From Eledone cirrhosa (lineage: Eukaryota), in NCBI GenBank assembly GCA_964016885.1, contig OZ024753.1, positions 28,768,001 through 28,832,000 on the forward strand: a stretch of 64,000 nt of DNA, in the 5' to 3' direction. Under the pieces are notes generated by a model. That model searched no databases, had not been told where the DNA came from, and saw only the letters and a program-made list of their open reading frames with translations. The position numbers were made by a program, and so were the translations under genes. This document shows positions 56,277 to 64,000 of this stretch, piece after piece (position 1 is the stretch's first letter; each line of letters starts with the position of its first letter).

Positions 56277-57668
56277 CCATATATACTCGCGTATAGGTCG
56301 CTCTGGTAGATAGGTCGCATACCCACTTTTCATTTAACAAATAGGCTATTTGCCATTGACTCGCAGATAGGTCGCACTGAAATTTGGGCCGTCAAACTAC
56401 TATTTTTTTATGATAATTGAAACTAATAATCTGTTAGCTTTCCATTATTTCGCCATTGCGATATATACTCCAAACCATGTTTTATTTATAAAATAAATTG
56501 TCATCGAAATCTCGTCAATTAGAGATTACTGCGAGATAAAGCATTTAAGCGCAAAAATTAACTCTTAATATAGTGAAAGAACTTGAAATAACACCTGTTT
56601 TTTAACGTTGAAAGTATAACAGATTTTTAGCGTATAAACATGGCTTCCCAAAGTAGCGAATACCGACTTTGAAGGTTTTACATGCGACGACATTTGAAAT
56701 GAAAAAGAAACACAAGATAATAATAGTGATTTATCTTCAAATGAATAAGACGTATTTATTTCTGACGATGATAGTTACTTTGAAAGTGAAAGCGAAGATT
56801 TGACAGACACCATCGAAAATATTACAGCAACGTGGTTGAAAGATACAACACCAATACATGTTCACACCTGTTAATAAACTTATATATTGGGAACATTCTG
56901 TTACGTAAATTTACACCGTGTCTTTTGGCGAAGAGTCACTCCAAACCTATTCATAAACCTGGTGCACCACCCTGCTGACGATTTAAATTGGGATAAGTGG
57001 TACTTTGGTGCAAGTTGAAGAGCTTTCGTTCTTATAGAAAGTTTTGTAACAATGTGTCCATTTTCCCTGATATCTAAAACCCAATCATTTATCTCTTTTT
57101 CAAGATCTTGATATGGTGATACTCCAAACCTTGCTGCTCTCTTTGATTTAGGCATTTCTCCCAGCTTGTCTTTTTGTTTCCTCCAACCTCTCACCACCTT
57201 TTCTGACACTCCAAACTCCCTTTCTGCTGATCTATTTCCAAATTCTTCTGCATAATCAACTACCTTTAACTTGAAAACTGTTTGATATCTTTTTCTCTTA
57301 CCGGAATTCAGTGAATTATAAAAAAAATTTCAACTATCAACTTTTCTCACTTGCTAATTTTGAACAGAAATGCCACATGCAATAATCTGTTTCCTGTTAA
57401 AGTAAATATGTCACAATACGTGTTCATAGCAACACTAAGACAATGAAATCACATTTTAAATACCGGGTATGCATTTCTATGGATTTTAATGATGGATGGT
57501 TACGTCAGATAGAAAAAAAATATAATAAAGTTATTTTTATAAATACCTATCGTTGATTAAGTCTATGAAAAATCATTGGTCAGTCTGATGTCGATCGGAT
57601 AGGTCGCACCCCAAAATTTATACTTATTTATCGTTTAAAAAGTGCGACCTATACATGAGTATATACGG
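56277..57668 (-). mobile_element. Internally deleted pogo-family transposon (Brinker-type DBD + CENP-B HTH remnant)
   Basis: TIRs TA|CCATATATACTCGCGTATAGGTCGC / GCGACCTATACATGAGTATATACGG|TA. Minus frame ~56901-57300 reads KRYQTVFKLKVVDYAEEFGNRSAEREFGVSEKVVRGWRK...LEKEINDWV...FKSSAGWCTRFMNR. No DDE domain. Confidence 0.9.
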
Positions 57669-58187
57669 TACATTCTTTTTATCAACTGCAGAGCGATGAA
57701 ATTGCATTTGGAGTTGGTGGAAATAAAAATCAGCAGAATAAAATTAATTAGCATATGTAAATTGGTTCAGTGTTCTAATAGCTAATTAAAACAATAATGA
57801 ACTTACTGACAAAAATCAACCCACTAATATTTTGTTTATCAGGCAGATGTGTTGCTATTACACCACAGTGGCAGCTAGCAAGAAAGGCTCCTCTTTAATC
57901 CGAAATCTAATACTATATTTCTTGTGGTGTGTGTGGTGTGTATGAGAGAGAAGCTCTTTTGTGTGTGTATGAGTGCATACATGGATGCATGTACAAATTA
58001 TATATATATATATTAGGTATTAATTTAACAATGAAAATAATAACAACAAAGTCAAGTTTTACGATCGTTTCAGAGCGTTGATCATATTAACATATTGACT
58101 GATCTATAGCAGTTATATAACTGTATACTATCAGCCTTCATATATAGGTTCAATCAGACTGTCTTCTTTGGAAACAATGTATATATA

Positions 58188-60666
58188 TCATCATCATCAT
58201 TTTACGTCCGCTTTTCCCTGCTTGCAAGGGTGGGACGGGTCTTATTCAGCACAGCATCTCTCCACTCGTCACGGTCCCTCGTCATCTCCACCGTGAGCTT
58301 CAATGATCTGAGGTCTGTTCTCACCACCTCCGCCCATGTTTTTCGTGGTCTACCTCTACCACGTCTTCCTTCAACTGGCATTTCCTGGCACTTCTTCACC
58401 CATCGGTCATCCTCCATACGCATCACATGTCCATACCACCTCAGTCTCCTCTCCCGTACACTACATTCTATCCCTCTCAGACACAGTTTCTCTCTCAACA
58501 CATTTATGCTGGGTCGTTCACGCACATTTACACTGCACATCCAACGGAGCATGCTTGCCTCATTTCTCTCCAGCCGTCGCATATCCTCTGCGGTTGCTGC
58601 CCATGTCTCACTACCATGCAGCATCACGCTCCTCACACAGGCATCATACAACCGGCCTTTCGTACGCAGGGAGAAACCCTTCTTCGTCAACAGAGGAAGC
58701 AGCTCCCTAAACTTCTTCCAACCCGTCCTTATTCTAGATACTATGGCCTCGGAACACCCTCCTCCCATGCTAATCTGATCTCCTAGGTACCGGAAGCTAT
58801 CCACCACTTCTATAGCGCCCTCTCGCATTTGAAAAATGTGTCTATCAGTGCGACTTCTACTGTCTAATTTCCCTGTACATCTACTGCATACATATTTCTC
58901 CCTACCTGTTAGTTTGCCTGCTATCCCGCTACATCTCTTGTGTACCCAGGACCTGCATTGTGTGCATTTTATAGAATTTATGCCAGTTCCTTTTCTGCAT
59001 ATCGAACATGGCCATTTCCCTGACGGAATCAGGGTTTTGTCCCCTTTTCTACTCATCAACACTTTTGTCTTAGCTAGGTTTACTCTCAGTCCTCTTGCTT
59101 CCAACTGCTGTTTCCATAGCCGGAATTTATTCTCTAGCTCCTCTACTGATTCTGCCATAAGAGCCAGATCGTCAGCATAGAGAAGTTCCCATGGACAGCC
59201 AGTCTTAAACTCCTCTGTTATGGCTTGGAGGACTATAATGAACAAGAGTGGGCTGAGGACCGAACCCTGATGTACTCCTACTTGTATCTGGAATTCCTCA
59301 CTAAACTCCATTCCTACCCTGACTTTACTGAGAGTACCTCTGTACAAAGTTTGCACTGTCCTCACAAGCCATTCCTCAACACCCAGCTTCCTTAGGGACC
59401 ACCAGATGACAGATCGGGGTACCCTATCAAAGGCCTTCTCTAGGTCAACAAAGGCTAAGTATAGTGGCTTATTCTTCTCTAAGAACCTCTCTTGCATTTG
59501 TCTCACCAAGAAGAGGGCATCTGTTGTACTCTTCCCAGGCACAAAACCAAACTGCATCTCATCTAGTTTGACCCTTTCTCTAATTAGTTGTGCTAAAATC
59601 CTTTCTGCCACTTTCATAACCTGATCTATCAGTTTTATACCCCTATAATTGCTCCTCTCCAAAGCATCCCCTTTACCTTTGTAGCAATTTATGAGAATAC
59701 TGCTGCACCAGTCTTTGGGTATGACACCACCATATATAGCCTGATTGATGATGCGTGCAACCAGTTTGGTGCCTACGTCCCCTGATGCCTTCAGCATCTC
59801 AGCAACTATTCCCGATGGTCCGGCCGCCTTACCATTTTTCATTTCCCTAATCGCCTCTTGGACCCTATATTCGTCAATCTCAATAGCTGGTCCCTCTGTT
59901 GGATCTACCAAGGGTAATTTCTCTCTCTCCCATTCGTTCTCCACATTCATCAGTCTCTCATAATGACATTTCCAGGCCTCCTTTTTCTGGTCATTCGTGA
60001 CACTAAGTACACCGGCATCATCCCGGACACATTTATCTCCAACAACATCCTGATTTGCATTGACACACTGTCTTGCAATGTGGAACACCGCACGCCTCTG
60101 ATCTTCCCGTCGCAGAACATTGGCAAACCTCCTACTCTCTGCCTCCCTGCGTGCTAAGTACACCTGATGTCTAGCTTCTCTCTTAGTGGCTGTATATTCT
60201 TCCCTACTCCCACCCTTTTTTCCAAGCCTTCCATGCTAGTCTTTTGTCTCTAATAGCCTTATCTACTGTGCTGTTCCACCACCAGGTCACTCTCTGTCTG
60301 GTTGGAGCTCTGCTCCAGCCACAGGTTTCATCAGTAGCCTGCAGCAAGTTGTCACGTAAGAACTTCCAGTTATTATCTATGTCATACGTCTCTAAATCGT
60401 CTTCTTTTTCGTCATATACATCTTGAAGGGCTTTCCTAAATTTGAATTTTAGTGAAAGGTCTTTTAGCTTCCAGACCTTTCTTCTCCACACCTTCCTATA
60501 TGTCTCATTCCATCTCTTGCTTACTGAGATATCACTAACAACTAACCTATGCTGTGGGGTACATTCTTCCCCAGGGTATGCCTTGGTATTAGACACTATC
60601 TGCCTGTCCCGCGGCCTAACTAGCAGGAAGTCAATCTGGCTTATGTGCTCAATCTGGCTTATGTGT
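58188..60666 (-). mobile_element. RTE-clade LINE (family B), 5'-truncated in the endonuclease domain, RT intact
   Basis: 653-aa ORF 58202-60163 with all RT motifs. Upstream EN tail (SQIDFLLV...QHRLVV) is separated by a +1 frameshift in the T6 run at ~60216-60221. (GAT)n tail. Confidence 0.95.
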
Positions 60667-62090
60667 GTATATATATATATATATATACACACACATACAT
60701 ATTCATGTACACATAAATAAATACATATATAAGGCTGTGTACCAAGTACTATGAGGTGGGTTTTCTCCCACCTCATAGTACCTTGAGCAAGTGTATCCCA
60801 CTATAGCCTTGGGTTGACCAACAGCTGCGAGTTAAAATTGCTGTTTCAACACATCTTCCTGACTATCCTCTAGGGCAACGCTGTCTCCATTCTGTTTGCC
60901 AGGATCATGAGGAGGCTTGTGTCTGGGATTCTGGAAACTAGAGAGCTTTCTCCCACACAGTCTGGTCTTGTATCATTAGAGTAACAATGATGGAGTATTC
61001 TTTCTCCTAGTTTTTTGTTGTATTTAGATTCACTGTTGTTATTATTTACTTTTATCTTTCGTCCACTAGTGATTGTTTTTATATCCTTTATTGAACTACT
61101 CATACAAATATTTTAATTTCTAAAGCCAGTCAGCCAACAAATGTGTTTGTGTAAATGTTTACAGTTTAAAACTGTGGATGTTTGAATGGAACAGAGAGGG
61201 AATACAATGAAATTTGTTTTAATCGTTCTACTAGTCACTTGAGGCTTTCTCAGGCATGTAGTTTTAATATGTTCTGGTCTTTACTTTAAATATCACCCCA
61301 CCCATTTCTCTTCACACTCATCTTGAGAAACAATTTTATATTTCAAGATTACTTTACATGCACATATATATATTTGTGTTGTAATTCAAGTGTCTTTCAT
61401 TGATTTTCTTTGGGAAGAGGGTTCTTTTCTATTTTTCAATTTGAAATTCTAGATTATTTTTTTTTACATTTTAAATTAATTTTTTTTTTCTAAATTTTGA
61501 ATTCTAAATTTTCTTTTTAATTTCCTTTTAAAATTATTCCCTCCTTTGCACGCACGATAGCTTTACTGAAAATAACAACTGGAACCTAAATTATATTTCA
61601 TATGTGTGAGAAGCAAAGGAGGAAAGAAAAATGAAGCTGTTACATTTCAAGCTCCACAGTGAATATTGAAATTAGATGCAGGCTTCTCTTTTTTTTTTTT
61701 TTTTTTCAATTAAAATAAAATAAAAATATATTTTTTTTAAATTCTTATTTATTTAATTTCATTATTCTAATTTTTTTAAATATCTAATAAAACACCAGGA
61801 GTATTTAATAGTCATTTATTTTGTTGGTTGGGGGTGGGGGTAGTCAGTGCCTTTCGGCAGGTGTTAGGTGGGAGTTGGCTGAGGGTATGTGTGTAAATTA
61901 ATTTTGTATTTCATTAACTTCTAAGACATTTAATCATTTGTTCACTCAGTGATTTACAAATAATCATTGATTTAAATCATTTACTTCAAGTCCACAAGGG
62001 TGGCCCACAATGTGCTAAATATAGCTGCTCTATCTTTCTCTCCAATCACACTGTACTAGCCTTTAACAAAAATTGAGGGCACAATAGTTA

Positions 62091-62510
62091 CCCTTTAGCA
62101 TTTCCATTACTCTATATTTACTGTTATATTTTCATGGTGAAGGCTTTACCTCACATAATTATCTCACATACCTCGCATAACATTTCCATTACTCTATATT
62201 TACTGTTATATTTTCATGGTGAAGGCTTTACCTCACATAATTATCTCACATACCTCACATAACATTTCCATTACTCTATATTTACTATTGTATTTTCACT
62301 GTAAAGGCTTTACCTCACATAATTATCTCACATACCTCGCATAACATTTCCATTACTCTATATTTACTATTGTATTTTCACTGTAAAGGCTTTATTTCAC
62401 ATAATTATCTCACATACCTCGCATAACATTTCCATTACTCTATATTTACTATTGTATTTTCACTGTAAAGGCTTTATTTCACATAATTATCTTGCATAAT
62501 ATTGAATCTA
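62091..62510 (+). repeat. Five 82-bp tandem units derived from the left end of the TTAA MITE
   Basis: Starts CCCTTTAGCATTT. Units begin at 62099, 62181, 62263, 62345 and 62427. Confidence 0.88.
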
Positions 62511-62569
62511 AGTTACAACTCTTTACGATCTGAGTTTAAATCCTGCCATGGTTAGCTTTGCCTTTCATC

Positions 62570-63075
62570 TTTACGGGGTCAATAAAATAAAGTACCAGTA
62601 ATGCACTGGGGTCAATTTAGTCGACTTTCCCCTTGCCCAAAATTGTTGGTCTTGTGGCTAAATCAGAAACCATTAATATCAACTAAGTACTGAGGTTGAT
62701 TTAACCAGCTAAACCAACGTTTGCGGCCTTCTGGTCGATAAATTATAGTACCAGTAATTCACTGGAGTCGATCTAGTCGACTTTCCCTTTCCCTTTGGAG
62801 TGCTGGCCTTGTGCCTATAGTAGAAACCAATATTAATATCAACTAAGTATTGAGGTTGATTTAATCAGCTAAACCCAGCCCTAATATTTGCAGCCTTGTG
62901 GCCGATAAATTATAGTACCAGTAATTCACCGGGGTTGATTTAGCCAACTTTCCCTTTCCATTTGGTGTGCTGGCCTTGTGCCTATAGTAGAAACCAATAT
63001 TAATATCAACTAAGTATTGAGGTTGATCTAATCAGCTCGATCCAACCCTAACATTTCAGGCCTTATAGCTATGTT
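62570..63075 (+). repeat. ~160-170-bp triplication containing SINE 3' halves
   Basis: Repeated GATAAA..AGTACCAGTAAT...GGCCTTGTGCC..AGAAACC-ATTAATATCAACTAAGTA.TGAGGTTGAT. Confidence 0.75.
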
Positions 63076-63669
63076 AAAAATCAATATTTATATGAATTTA
63101 TTTATGAGTGTAGTTGGCATCCTAAATAGAGTTAGTTGATAAATCAGTTGGGAGGTCAGTCATTAGTAGTCTATTATCCACACTGTTTTGTGCCAATGAA
63201 CAAAATACTTAATTCTTATAATAAAACCAGTTAGGATATAAATTTTATGACCACGAGGAAGAAGAAAAATCTCTCATAGCTCCTTTGTTGAGAGAGGGGG
63301 GGGGGGCGGATTATAGAGTTGTTCTTTAGACCCAAATTGCTAATAAGGGAATATTGTTGTAATGAAATAATATGGTGCAGTGAAGAGAGAGAAAGTGTGG
63401 GAGGAGAGGAGAGAGTGGGAGGAAAGCAAATGAAAGAGTTGTACTAGAGGAGAATGTGAGATGGAAGAAGTGAAAAGGCAAAGCAAGTTGGGCACAAGCA
63501 CTATACAAACTCTCTTTCTCTCTCGTTTTCTCACTCTCGTTTTCTCACTCTCCTCCTCTCTCTCTCTCATTTTCTCACTCTCCTCCTCTCTCTCTCATTT
63601 TCTCACTCTCCTCCTCTCTCTCTCATTTTCTTTCTCTCGTTTTCTCTTTCATTCTCTCTCCCTCTCTCC

Positions 63670-63675
63670 ATATAT

Positions 63676-63774
<99 letters not shown>

Positions 63775-63835
63775 AATATATAAATATATATATAAATATA
63801 TATATATATAAATATATAAATATATATATATATAA

Positions 63836-63920
<85 letters not shown>

Positions 63921-63929
63921 TATATATAA

Positions 63930-63997
<68 letters not shown>
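63670..63997. repeat. (TA)n/(TATAAA) microsatellite
   Basis: Direct inspection. Confidence 0.97.
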
Positions 63998-63999
<2 letters not shown>

Positions 64000-64000
64000 A

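Noticed and set aside
58230-59963. Plus-strand ORFs overlapping RTE-B (and similar antisense ORFs over other LINEs/PLEs)
   Set aside because: Antisense shadows of the RT reading frame.
60830-61103. 77-aa minus-strand ORF in unique-looking DNA
   Set aside because: Short, no recognisable domain and no convincing splice pair.

Overview
Eukaryotic, AT-rich, essentially gene-free repeat landscape. The SINE families and very dense (TA)n/(TG)n microsatellites suggest an octopus or other coleoid cephalopod (inference). Almost all long ORFs in the track are microsatellite artefacts. Real coding remnants are all transposon-derived: one nearly complete CR1-group LINE ORF2 with a single premature stop, several RTE-clade LINE fragments, three Penelope-like (GIY-YIG) elements (one as an ~800-bp-arm inverted repeat), a DD37D (maT) Tc1/mariner remnant and a pogo remnant. 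There are also TTAA/piggyBac-type MITEs, tRNA-derived SINEs and minisatellites. The most interesting signal is a set of ten type I hammerhead ribozyme (HHR) motifs with complete cores (about 5 families), plus a few truncated or degenerate ones. They have palindromic 6-nt stem III, covarying stems and core variants (U3-A8; extra core nucleotide). Many sit in short non-coding elements embedded in (TA)n, including a 995-bp unit with a 59-bp terminal redundancy and two back-to-back inverted HHR pairs. This looks like a retrozyme / non-autonomous Penelope system. All folds were assigned by eye.
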